Source: Squalus acanthias
Taxonomy: Eukaryota
Assembly: GCA_030390025.1 (NCBI GenBank)
Contig: CM059431.1
Coordinates: 153,514,001 to 153,578,000, forward strand
Direction of reading: 5' to 3'
DNA length: 64,000 bases
Part shown: piece by piece, positions 13,346 to 25,195 of the stretch
Position numbering within the stretch: position 1 is the stretch's first letter
Layout of the letters: each line of letters begins with the position of its first letter
Translations under genes and position numbers: made by a program
Notes under the pieces: model-generated
Seen by the model: only the letters and a program-made list of their open reading frames with translations
What the model was told of the DNA's origin: nothing
Database searches by the model: none

Positions 13346-15605
13346 AATAACTCCAAGTGATTCAGAGACACAGAGTGTCCACAGCGCCTTGTCTGCACTC
13401 AAGGCCTCCATAATCAGCAGCTGTGAAGAGATGCTCGGTCACTCAAACAGGAAACACCAAGACTGGTTCGACGAGAACGGCCAGGAGAACCAGGAGCTCA
13501 TAAGTTCCAAGTGCAAGGCATTCCTGATCTTGAAACAGCAACACACGTCGAGAGCAAGAAAGCAGCTCTGCAAACGCCTGAAGGCCGATGTCCAATAAAA
13601 AACTTGCGATCTAAAGAACAGATGGTCGGTGGAGAAAGCGCAGCAGATCCAGCAGGTTGCCGACAACCACGACATGCGTAGATTATTTAGCGCTGTCAAG
13701 GCCACCTACGGCTCAAGCGACCAAGGTCCTTCCCCACTGCGGGCCAAGAACGGAGAGGTAATCATCAAGGACAGAGAGGAGAGTAAGTGCCCGCTGAAAG
13801 GAGCAGTTCGAAGTCTATTAACCGAGGCATTGTCTTCGATGCGACTGCCCTCAACTCCATCCCAGAGCATGCTACCTGCCACCACCTCAGCAAAATCCCA
13901 GGCCGGCATGAGTTTGAAAAGGCCACCTGACAACTGAAGAACAACAAGGCCTCAGGAGCAGATGGAATCCCCGCCGCGGGGCTAAAGCATGGCGGAGAAG
14001 CACTATTGGCGCGAATTCATGAACACATTTATCTTATCTGGAAGGAGGAGAGCATGCCAGCGGATTTCAGAGATGCTGTAATCGTGACCATGTTCAAGAA
14101 AGTTGACAAGTCCGATTACGGTAATTACAGAGGAGTTTCCTGCTGTCTGCCACAGGGAAAGTCATTGCAAGAAGCCTTATCAGTCGCCTTCTCTCAGTAT
14201 TGAAGAGCTCCTCCCTGATTCGCAATGTGGATGCCGCCCACGAAGGTGAATGATGGACATGATCTTCACCACGCGTCAAATACAAGATAAATGCAGGGAA
14301 CAGCACCAACCACTGTTCATGGCCTTCTTTGACTTCACAAAGCCCTTTGACACTGTCAACCGTGAGGGATTAGGGTATGTCCTCCTCAAATTTGGCTGCA
14401 CTCAAAAGTTTGTCATCATCCTCTGCCTGCTTCATGACGACATGGAAGCAGTGATGTTGACGAACAGATCCCCCACAGACCCAATTCACGTACGGACCTG
14501 TGTCAAGCAAGGCTGTGTCATTGCACCAATGCTCTTCTTGATCTTCCTGGCAGCAATGCTCTATCTCACCCTCAGTAAGCTCCCAGCTGGAGTGGAGCTA
14601 ATCTACAGAAAAAAACTGGAAACTTTTCAACCTCCGTCGCCTCCAGTCCAGATCCAAGGTCGTCCCATCCTCTGGCATCGAATTACAGTATGCAGAGATC
14701 TGCGCACATTCGGAGGCCGAACTCCAAACCATCGTCAACACTTTCACCGAAGCGTACAAGAGCATGTGTCGTACATTAAACATCCGTAAGACAGAGGTCC
14801 TCGAACAACCTGCCCCCGCCACTCAGTACTTCCCCCCGTTTATCAAAATGCACGATCATGCCTTGGACAACGTGGACCACTTTGCATACCTCGGGAGCAT
14901 GCTGTTAACAAGGGCAGACTTCGATGACGAAGTCCAACACAGCCTTCAGTGTGCCAGTGCAGCCTTCGGTCGCCTGAGGATGAGAGTGGTTGAAGATCAG
15001 GACCTCAAACCCGGCATCAAGCTCATGGACTACATAGCAGTAGTAATTCCCGCCAACTGTACGCTTCAGATACATGGGCCATGTAGAGCAGGCACCTCAT
15101 AGCATTGGAGAGGTATCACCAAAGCTGCCTCCGCAAGATTCTGCAAATGCATTAGCAGGATAGGTGCACCAAAGTCAGTGATCTCGCTCAGGCCAACACC
15201 CCCAGCATCGAAGCTTTGAATACGCTCGATCAGCTCTGATGGACGGGTCACATTGTCCGCATGCCCGATACGAGACTCCCACAACAAGCGCTCTTCTCGG
15301 AGCTCCGACACGGCAGGAGAGCCCCAAGTGGGCAGAGGAAACGCTTCATGGACAACCTCAAAGCCTCCTTGGAAAAGTGCAACATCCGTCTCTTCGCCGG
15401 GTGCAAGTGGAAGCCAAGCACAAACAGCAGAAGGAGTGCACGTCAACCCAAGCACCTCACCCACCCGCCTCTTCAACCACCGTCTGGCCCACCATTGACA
15501 GAGACTTTAGGTGCCGCATTGGACTCATCCGTCACCTGAGAACTGATTTTTAGTGTGGAAGCAAGTCATCCTCGGTTCCGAGGGACTGCCTAAGAAGAGA
15601 AGAAG

Positions 15606-15770
15606 AGGCAATGTTGAGGACTCGCAGGATACCTCACAGCCGACTGTATACCCCTGTGCCCCCACCTCTGGTGAGTCTGTCCTGCCGGTGGAATAGGATA
15701 TAATCTGGGATGATGACGGAGGAGTCGGGAATGTTTGTTATAGCTCTGGTTCTGTGACTGTCATTGTGCG
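15606..15770 (-). mobile_element. LINE endonuclease fragment, right part
   Basis: Peptide IPDYILFHRQDRLTRGGGTGVY is the APE-domain RxDRxxRGGG motif. Confidence 0.7.
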
Positions 15771-16084
15771 AGAATTCAATGTTTCCAGAGAGTTTAATGG
15801 AGTATTGAGACAGCTCCAGGATAGTTATCTCATTGGTTAATATTTTAAGCGTTTTGCTTTGATTCCTTTGTGTCAACCCTTTGCTCGTTTTATTATTTTC
15901 GCCGCCTCTGTAAAGCACCTTTACAAATTAGCTGTTTCAGGTCAATCATTAGAAACACCTTGTTCTTCTTATTCTAGATTCAGGCAAATAGAATCAATTT
16001 GGTGGACTAAGGCGGGAACATGTAACATTGGCTGCTTTGGGAATGTTATTCATGTACTGCGGCGGGAGCATTGTTTACTAGGCA

Positions 16085-19000
16085 TTTACTTTTACTTTTT
16101 ACTGCTTAAAATCTGAATTTCCCAGATTTAAGCAGGGTTATAAAGGGATATACAAGTCCTACAATTCAGAGCAGCTGAATGCATATAATTAGGGAAACTA
16201 GATTAAACTGGTTCTCCTGTAGCTGGGCTCAGCAAGTCTCCATTGTTTCAGTGCCTACAAAACAGGCTTTGAAGTGCGATTTTGCACTAAGTGCGGTTTG
16301 AACAGAGTGCTAAGAGTTGGGTGAGTCAGGGTGTTAGGTGAGGATTGGAAGGAGGAGCTCCCTTGCTCCGCCTTTGTTTTTCCTAACATTTCACCCTGTA
16401 GGAATTGGTTATTATTCTACTCCAAGGAAAGAGTCCACGAGCGGGAGTAGTCAAACAACAACGACTGCGAAACCGCTAACGTGAGTTCACTACCAGTGAA
16501 GGAGCTGATTGTTAAGAAGGAACTGGTGAGTATTTCTACAGTCCAGTCCTTAATGTCAAAGTAAGATCTCTAGTTTAGAGTAAGTAGTGTTTAAAGGGAG
16601 GTTACGTCCTTAGTGTAATTAATATTCATTAATTTAAAGGAAGTAAAGGGAGTAAATTAAGGGTAGGACATGGCAGGGCAGCTTGTCAGCGTGGAGTGTT
16701 CATCCTGTGCTATGTGGGAAGTCAGGGACACTTTCGGTGTCCAGGGGGAACATATGTCCAGGAAATGTCTCCAGCTGCCGCAACTCGAAATCCGCGTTTC
16801 TGAGCTGGAGTTGCAGTTGGAGTCATTGCGGAGCGTCCGCGAAGCTGAGATCTTCGTGCATAGCACGTTTAACGGGCTGGTCACACCGCAGGTAAAGAGT
16901 GCACCGGCAGACAGGAAATGGGTGATCGGCAGACATTTTAAAATAACTAGGAAGGTAATGCAGGTGACCCCTTGGCCCATCTCCCTCACCGACAGATTTT
17001 CCGTTTTGGATACTGCTTCTCAGGGGAATGCAGCATGAGCCAAGACTGTGGCGCTACGAGTGGCTCAGCTGCACAGGAGGGGAGGAAAAAGAGTGGGAGA
17101 GCAATAGTGATAGGGGATTCTATCGTAAGGGGAACAGATATATGTTTCTGTGGCCGCAGACGTGCCTCCAGGATAGTATGTTGCCTCATTGGTGCCAGGG
17201 TCAAGATGCCACTGAACGGCTGCAGGGCATTCTGAAAGGGGGGGAGGGCGAACAGTCAGATGTCGTGGTTCACATTGGTACCTACGACAAGGGTAGAAAG
17301 AGGGATGAGGTTCTGCAACATGAATTTTGAGAGCTAAGTAGCAGATTAAAAAGCAGGACCTCAAAGGTTGTAATTCCTGGATTACTCCCGGTGCCACGTG
17401 CTGGTGAATATAGGAATAGGAGGATAGAGCAGATGAATGCGTGGGTAAAGAGTTGGCACAGGAGGGGGGGCTTTAGTTTCATGGATCACTGGGTCTGCTT
17501 CTGGGGAAGGTGGAACCTGTACAAGTCGGACGGCTTGCACCTGAACCGGAACGGGACCAACATCCTTGCGGGGAGTTTTGCGAGTACTGTTGTGAGGGGT
17601 TTAAACTAACTTGCCAGGGGGATGGGATACGGAGTGGAGCTATAGTAGGGGGTGATGCACAGCCAAATATAGAGGAAAAAACAAGTCATCCTGGAAGGCA
17701 GAGCAAATATGTAACGGCACAAGGAGTTATGACAAGGCTGGAATGGCATTTATTTTAATGCAAGTTCTTTTGCATGTAAGGCAGATGAATTTAAGTTGTT
17801 GACGAACACATGGGAGGATGATATTGTTGCTATCACAAAGACATGGACGGAGGGGCAGGAGTGGCAGCTCAATATTCCGGGGTATAGAAACTTCAGGCGA
17901 GACAGAGGGGGAAGTGCAAAAGGAGGGGTGTCACAATATTAATCAAGGAGTCAATTACTGCTGGAAGGAGGGATGATATCTTAGCCGGTTCCTCTAATGA
18001 GCCCATATGGGTAGAACTTAAAAACAAAAAGTTTCAAACACTTTGCTGGGCTCCCAAACAGTAAGGGGGAGATAGAGGAACAGAGATGTAGGCAAATCTC
18101 AGATTGTTGTAAAAATAATAGGATAATAATAGCAGGGAATTTCAACTTCCCAAATATTAACTGGGACAGTGAGAGTGCGAAAAGCTTAGAGGGTGCAGAA
18201 TTCTTAAAGTGCATCCAGGAGAGCTTTTTGAGCCAGCATCTAGAAAGTCCTACAATAGAGGGGGCGGTACTGGACCTAATTCTAGGGAATGTAGCCCGGC
18301 AAGTGGTAGAAGTGTCAGTAGGAGAGCATTATGGTGACAGCGACCATAATTCGGTGAGATTTCAGGTAGTCATGGAAAAGGACAAAGATGGAACGGAAAT
18401 TAATGTTCTAAACTGGCGGAAGGCCGATTATAATATGATAAGGCAGGATCTGCCCAAAGTGGACTCGAATCAGCTACTTGTAGGAAAATCCACATCAGAG
18501 CAGTGGGTCTCTTTCAGAAAGGAAATAGAGAGAGTAAAACGCCAACATTTTCCCGTGAAGGTCGAGGGTGGGACCAGCAAACCCAGGGAACCCTGGATGT
18601 CAAGGTATATACAAGAATGGATGAGGAAAAAAAGGGAGGCTTTTGGCAGATGCAAAGGACTAAAAACAGTGTAAACCCTAGAGGATTATAGAAAGTGCAG
18701 GGGGGTACTTAAAGAAATTAGGTGAGCGAAGAGGGGGCATGTAAAAACAATGTCCGGCAAAATAAAGGAAAATCCCAAGGTGCATTATAAGTTTAATAAG
18801 GGCAAGATGATAACGAGGGAAAGAGAAGGGCCCGTTCGGGACCAAAGTGGCAATTTGTGTGTAGAGCCGGAGGATGTAGTAGAGGTTTTAAATGAATATT
18901 TTGCATCTGTGTTCACTATGGAGAAGGAAGATGCAGGCATAGAAATCAAGCAGGTGGATTGTGATATACTTGAACAAATTTGTATTGAGAGGGAGGAGGT

Positions 19001-20604
19001 ACTGGCGGTTTTAGCGGGCTTAAAAGTGGATAAATCCCCAGGCCCAGACGAGATGTATCCCAGGCTGCTGTGTAAGGCAATGGAGGAGATTGCAGGGGCT
19101 CTGACACAAATTTCCTCAACCTCTCTGGCACAGGGGAGGTGCCAGAGGACTGGAGAACAGCTAACGTCGTACCATTGTTCAAGAAAGGTAGGAGGGATAA
19201 AACAGGGAATTACAGGCCAGTGAGCCTAACATGAGTGGTAGAGAAATTATTGGACAAAATTCAGAGGACAGAATTTGTCTCCACTTGGAGAGGCAACGAT
19301 AAATCAAGAATAGTCAGCATGGCTTTGTCAGGGGGAGATCATGTCTAACCAATTTGATTGAATGTTTCGAGGGGCTGACTAGGTGTGTAGATGAGGTAGT
19401 GCAGTTGATGAAGTCTACATTGTCTTCAGTAAGGCTTTTGACAAAGTCCCGCATGGGAGACTGGTCAAGAAGATAAGAGCCCATGGGATCCAGGGCAATT
19501 TGGCACATTTGATTCAAAATTGGCTTAGTGGCAGGAGGCAGAGGGTGATGTTCGAAGGTTGTTTTTGTGACTGGAGGCCTGTGTCCAGTGGTGTACCGCA
19601 GGGATCGGTGCTGGTTCCTTTTCTGTTTGAAGTGCACATTAATGATTTAGATATTTACGTAAGAGGTATGATCAGTAAGTTCGAAGGTGACAAGAAAATT
19701 GGTTGAGTGTTAAATATCGATGAGGGAAGCCTCAGGCTACTGGACGATAAGACGTGTTGGTCAGCTGGGCAGAAAAGTGGCAAATAGAATTTAACCCTGA
19801 AAAGTGTGAGGTGATGCATTTTCGGAGGAGTTACAAGGCAAGGGAATACACAGTGAATTGTAGGGCGCGAGGAAGGACAGAGGAACGCAGGACCTTGTTG
19901 TGCATGTACATAAATCCCTGAAGGCAGCAGGACATCTAGATAAGGTGGTTAAAAAGTCATATGGGATACTTGCCTTCATTAGCCGAGCCATAGAATAGAA
20001 GAGCAGGGATTTTTTGATGGCGGTGTACACAACGCTGGTTAGGCCACAGCTGGAACACTATGTGCAGTTCTAGCGGCCTCACTATATGAAGGATGTGATT
20101 GCATTGGAAAGGGTGCAGAGGAGATTCACCAGAATGTTACCTGGTCTAGAGCACTTCAGCTATGAAGTGAGACTGGGCAGGCTGGGGTTGTTTTCCTTCG
20201 AGCAGGGAAGGCTCAGGGGGGAACTGATTTCAGGTGTCCAAAATTATGAGGTGCTTGGATAGTGTAGATAGAAAGGAACATTTCCCTTATTAGTGAGGTT
20301 AATAAACATGGGGCATAGTTTCAAGGTAAGGGAAAGGAGGTATAGGGGGAATTGAAGGAAAAACGTTTTCACCAGAGGGTGGTTGGAATCTTGAACTCAC
20401 TGCCTGAAAGCGTGGTAGAGGCAGGAACCCTCACAATATTCAACAAGCATTTAGATGAGCACTTGAAAAGCCATAGCATACAAGGCTATGGACCAAGTGC
20501 TGGAAAATGGGATTAAAATAGACAGGGCTTGATGGATGACGCGGACACGATGGGCCGAAGGGCCTCTTTCTGGGTTGTATAACTCTATGATTCTATGAAT
20601 CTAT
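16085..20604 (+). mobile_element. Apparently full-length but inactivated CR1 LINE (5'UTR, ORF1 with Cys motif, coiled coil and SGNH domain, ORF2 APE-RT, 3' tail)
   Basis: ORF1 start MAGQLVSVECSSCAMWE at 16670, GDSIVRG motif, RT motifs, tail ctatgattctatgaatctat; flanked on both sides by units of the same 51-bp repeat. Confidence 0.9.
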
Positions 20605-21135
20605 GGCAGCCCTGGGAATGAAATTCCACGACTGAGGCGCGAGCAGTGCAATCTCGGTGGCCCTAGGAATCAACATTCTGGACTGAGGCGGGAGCGGTTT
20701 AATCTAGGCGGATCTGGGAATATAATTCGTTCACTGAGGTGGAAGCAGTGTTATGGAGTCGGCCATGGGAATAACGTTCCTGGACTGAGGGAACAATAGT
20801 ATTATCTAGGCGTACATGAGAATTACGGTCCTGGTTTAATGCGGGAACTGTGTAATTTTAGTGGCCCAGGGAATTAATTTCCAGGACTTAAGTGGGAGCA
20901 GTGTAACCTAGGCGGCCCAAGGATTTCAATTCTTGGACTGTGGCGGGAGCAGTGTAATCTTGGCGGCACAAGGAATTAAATTATTGGACTGAGGCGGGAG
21001 CAGTGTAATCTTGGCGGCACAAGGAATTAAATTCCTGCACTGAGGCGGGAGCAGTGTAAGCTAGGAGGCATTGCGATTTAAATTCCTGGACTAAGGAAAG
21101 TGTAATCTAGGCGGCCCTGGGAATGAAATTCCTGT
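20605..21135. repeat. 51-bp minisatellite (ggcggcacaaggaattaaattcctggactgaggcgggagcagtgtaatctt); about 1.5 further units at 16003-16084
   Basis: About 10 tandem units, period 51 (e.g. 20962 and 21013). Confidence 0.88.
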
Positions 21136-21297
21136 ATTGAGGATGAGTGAAATATTGAGCATACACTCATTTTTTATTTAAAGCTGTGTACAATAATGTA
21201 AGCTAGATTGTGTTGTAGTGAAGTGTAGTGGTGAAAATGTATCAATGAGTCTGTTTTTTCAATGAATGTAATTAATGCCAGTTACAGTGAGCCCTAA

Positions 21298-21333
21298 TGA
21301 TGTCACTCGGGGGTTTCCCTCTGCTCTAAATAA
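21298..21333 (+). promoter_or_regulatory. Putative core promoter of GPCR gene A: CRE-like TGATGTCA, kB-type GGGGTTTCCC, TATA-like TAAATAA
   Basis: Motifs at 21298-21305, 21310-21319 and 21327-21333; TATA-like box about 80 nt before ATG 21413, similar to the spacing in gene B. Confidence 0.45.
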
Positions 21334-21483
21334 GGAGCTCCCTTCACTGTGTGACCTCACACAATCAGCGCGTTGCCTCCAGCACAAAGACCACCAGCCT
21401 CTCACAGAAGGGATGTCGTGTGTTCGAGGATCTCTATGGAAAGTATTCTTGAACAGTGGCAGTGAACAACAATACTTTGGAAT

Positions 21484-22272
21484 AACAGCAGCAAAATGTT
21501 GAAAAAACTCAGCAGGTCAGGCAGCATCCGTGGAGAGAGCAAATGTTCCCGTTTCAGGTCTGTGACCCTTCGTCAGAACTGAAAACGTTTACAGCTGCAA
21601 CAGATTTTAAGCAGGTGCAGAGGCAGGGAAATTGGGGAGGGGTGGAGCAAAGAACAAAAGGGATTGTCTGTGATAGTGTGGAAGGCAGGAGTGCTTAAAT
21701 GTTGCAAATGGGGATGGGAGAAACATCAACAGCTGCCGCCTGAAAAAAATAGGGGCGGAGGTTATGGTCCGAAATTGCGGAACTCAATGTTGAGTCCAGA
21801 ATGCTGTAAAGTGCCGAATAGAAAGATAAAGTGCTGTTTCTCGCGGTTAAATTGATTCTATGGAACACTGTAAGAAGCCGAGGACAGAGAGGTCAGAGTT
21901 GGAGGGGAGCAGCGAATTAAAGACACGGGGGCCGGAAGCTCGGGGTCACACTTACGGATTGAACATAAGTCTTCCGCAAAGCAATCACCCAATCTGCGTT
22001 TGTTCTCCGCAATGCAGATGAGACCGCATCGTGAGCAGCGAATACAGTATACTAAATTGTAAGAAGTACAAGTAAATCGCTGTTTCACCTGTAAGGGGTG
22101 TTTGGGGCTCTGGAGAGTGGGAAGGGAGGAGGTAAAAGTGCAGGTGTTGCATCTCCTGCACTTGCATGGGAAGGTGCCGTGGGAGGGGAGGGGTTGTTGG
22201 GGGTGATTGAGGAATGGACCAGGGTGTTGTGGAGGGTGCGATTTCTTCGGAATGCTGAAAGGGGAAGGGAGG
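21484..22272 (-). mobile_element. Penelope-like element 3' part (degenerate GIY-YIG endonuclease plus terminal repeat)
   Basis: Peptide GTFPCKCRRCNTC...FTCTSYNLVYCIRCSRCGLICIAENKRRLGD; hammerhead-bearing terminal sequence at 21484-21585. Confidence 0.88.
21543..21581 (-). ncRNA. Minimal type I hammerhead ribozyme motif (Penelope-type, possibly degenerate)
   Basis: Minus strand reads gttCTGACGAagggtcacagacctGAAAcgggaac; the cleavage-site region deviates from consensus. Confidence 0.55.
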
Positions 22273-22754
22273 TTATACAAAACATTTACTATCCCCTTTT
22301 TTCTGCTGTCAGTATTCCTTGTAAGTATCTCTATCCAGTGATTAATTCAATACTGTGTTATTATTCTTGCTATTTACCGTGGCATACTCAGTTATTAATT
22401 GTATTCTGTGTTTCAAGTTGCTACATCTTTGTTAATGCAAGAGTTGTTGTTTAAAATGACTGGCACATCCTCGCCACTGTATGTGTTCCTGGTAAGTCTC
22501 TGTATCCCGCTATTAATTCTATAAATCATGTTTAACTGTGTTTCTCTCCTTGTCATTCTCCATCCCATCCGCACTGCTGTCTGCTGTTGATTCTGAGGGT
22601 GATACAGTGTTACCAAGATTTAATTGTTCTATATTCAACTCAAGAAAGGATATTGACGAGACTCTTTGCTTAACGAATTTCGTTCTGCTATCTACACTGA
22701 ACATTTGTAACAGATCAGAGGAATGTTTTCTTGTTTGAGGAGACTTTTTAACTA

Positions 22755-22890
22755 ATGGCGAATGATTATCGGCCTGAAACGTTAACTCTCTCTCTCTCTC
22801 TACAGATGCTGCCTGGCCTGCTGAGTATTTAAAACATTTCCTGTTCTTATTTCAGATTTCCAGCATCCACAGTAATTGGATTTTGTTTTC
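22755..22890 (+). mobile_element. Degenerate Penelope terminal-repeat remnant in the gene A intron
   Basis: cctgaaacgttaactct...gatgctgcctggcctgctgagt is homologous to the reverse complement of 21500-21560. Confidence 0.6.
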
Positions 22891-24200
22891 AGTGAATGCT
22901 CGGCATGGTTACTGACACAGAGTCACAGGAACAAATCCTGGCAGATCAAAAACACATTTTTAAATGTCTGAAATATCCGCAAATCATTCAGTTCCAGTCA
23001 GTGTCTCCTTTCCCACCAACTCTAGATCTGCATTATTGATACTGTTTCTGATGGTTAGAATAGGATTACAAGGATAACTTCAGTTCTCAAAAAACGTTCA
23101 CTCAGCCATATTTCAATGCGTTTATTTCCAATATTTGTTTTGAATTTACAATTGGCTGCCGTGCCGGTCTGTCACAGTTCAATGGATCTCTCAGTGAGAC
23201 CCAGAGTGATTCTCTATTGCCTCCTGCTGTACTGCAGGATAAACAATCCAAGCTGACTGTAACTGAAGTACTGAGGATAAGAAAATCCTTTCATATTTTC
23301 TCGACGAATATTCTCTGCACAAGTTGGAAACAAACAGATGAAAAAGTACGAGGATATTTATCTTCCATTGGTTTTCAGATACTTTACGAAAGCGTTCAGC
23401 GGCTCGCTGCCTGTGGGATGAGTCGCTTAATTATGACTAATAAATGCATTGAGTGGGATATTACCTGGTCAATCATAACTATGTATTTTAATTCAGATTC
23501 CATTCTCTGCAATTTTATTTGGAAAATCTTCCTTTTAATGAGCCACAATTTGAGTATTTCAACAAAACTATGGAACGCTCACTCTTCAAACACTTCTTAA
23601 TTCCCAGTTATCTTTATAACTGCAGTGCCCTTGTATTTAACATCGTAGTACTTGCATATTACCGCCGTACATTTTAAATCCAATTGCCTGTAATTATTGC
23701 ATACCATGATTGCAGTTTCTGTATTTTACCGTTGCATTCACTTTCAGTTCTAAATATAATGGATATTCTAACCAGGAGCAGGAATCCAAGCGGCATTTGC
23801 CCCTCCCGAACACAGGGGCACTGAAGCGAATTACACCGCTCCAAATGCTGGCTGATCCCGGGACACGAAGGCTTCCTGAGATGTTCTGGACCTTTGTGTC
23901 CCTGGTACCTCGGGCGATGTTTTTGTCTGCGGGGCTAAATATAGATCTACCATTTAATCTCTCATTGATCAAACATCTAATACTTTCATGTTGTATTTAT
24001 CCACGTTTCATTTCTTAATTCCACAATGTATTCGAGATTACTCTTACAACAAACCCTGTATTCAGCACCACGGGCAATCTACTTAGATTTTATCATTGAA
24101 TGTCGCTAAGGCGTTGCTGAAGTCTCCCCGAATTCATTCAAACTGCTGCTCTTTTCCTAGCCTGATGTATAATTTCCCTGTTTCTTTCCCTTCCTCTCAG

Positions 24201-25102
24201 TGAACTTAGTGACGATTGTAATCTTGTCTCGGGGAAAGTGCGGTCTCTCCAAATGTGTCACTCGCTACCTGGTGGCCATGGCAGCGGCGGATCTACTGGT
24301 CGTTATCCTCGACCTGATATTGAGGCAGATTCCGATTGTTTTTAGTGAACAGTTTCGTTTCGTGGAGTCCATCCCCGTGTGTAATATCCACGCCGTCCTG
24401 CTTTATGCGGCCACAGACTGTTCTGTCTGGTTCACCGTCACTTTCACTTTTGATCGATTTGTGGCCATTTGCCGCCAGAAGCTGAAAACTAAATATTGCA
24501 CCGAGAAAACGGCGGCTGTGGTTCTGGGAACAGTGACTGTGCTGAGCGGTTTGAAGAACATGTTCTGGTATTTTATGTTCACAGATCAATATTATCTTTC
24601 GAACCTCCCCTGGTTTTGTTATGTAACAACAGATGTTACGTTTTCACTGGTCTGGGGAGCAATTGAGTTCCTTCATTATATTCTCACCCCGGGGGTCCCA
24701 TTTGTTGTGATTCTTCTGCTCAATGCTCTCACCATCAGCCACATTTTAGTGTCCAGCAGAGCCCGCAGGAGACTCCGGGGTCCCAGCAGTGGGGAGAATC
24801 CCAGAGACCCAGAGATGGAGAGTCGCAGGAAATCCATCATTTTACTGCTTCTAATCTCCGGCAACTTCATCCTGTTATGGACAGTATTTATGGTGTATTA
24901 TATATTGCAGCGGATAAGTTATTTGTGGACTGTGTCTATAATTCTGCCCCATCTTGTAAGGGAAATAGGATTGATGCTGCAGATGCTCAGTTGCTGCACA
25001 AACACTGGGATTTATGCCGTCACCCAGACTAAGTTCCGAGAGCAGTTGAAGAATGTGGGGAAATATCCATTTACTCTAATTGTAAAATTCATTAAAGGAT
25101 GA
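24201..25102 (+). CDS. Exon 2 of GPR139/GPR142-like GPCR gene A (end of TM1 through TM7 and C-terminus; open 300 codons)
   Basis: NLVTIVILSRGKCGLSK, YLVAMAAADLL (TM2), FTFDRFVAIC (DRY-like), RRKSIILL (TM6), SCCTNTGIYAVTQTKFRE (NPxxY-like and helix 8); polypyrimidine-AG acceptor at 24200. Confidence 0.9.
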
Positions 25103-25195
25103 TGTGAAGCGGAAACTTTGCAGCCTGAGAGCTCCCTGTGCCTAATATTGTGGCGAGCCGTTTTCCACGGGCCGGACCGCCAGCCGCGGTGAAAT

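Larger units (their letters stand above)
7979..15605 (+). mobile_element. RTE-clade LINE, near full ORF, degenerate; interrupted by a CR1 (8232-11979) and a MITE (12587-13345)
   Basis: APE motifs (GGGYAFFWKG, LILLGDFKARVG, HWHLLDYIIV), RT motifs (FMAFFDFTKPFDTVNR, VKQGCVIAP), (AAG)n-type tail, TSD aggcaatg. Confidence 0.9.
21413..25102 (+). pseudogene. GPR139/GPR142-like class A GPCR, gene A; exon 1 interrupted by a Penelope insertion
   Basis: TM1 exon segment (V)IQNIYYPLFSAVSIP at ~22270-22320, then GTAAGT; phase-1 intron 22321-24200 ending ttcctctcAG; exon 2 intact; no in-frame ATG between the insertion and TM1; the 21413 start is tentative. Confidence 0.7.

Noticed and set aside
23217..24018. 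Short ORFs in the gene A intron as extra exons or nested genes
   Set aside because: No recognisable domains; exon 1 and exon 2 already join in frame
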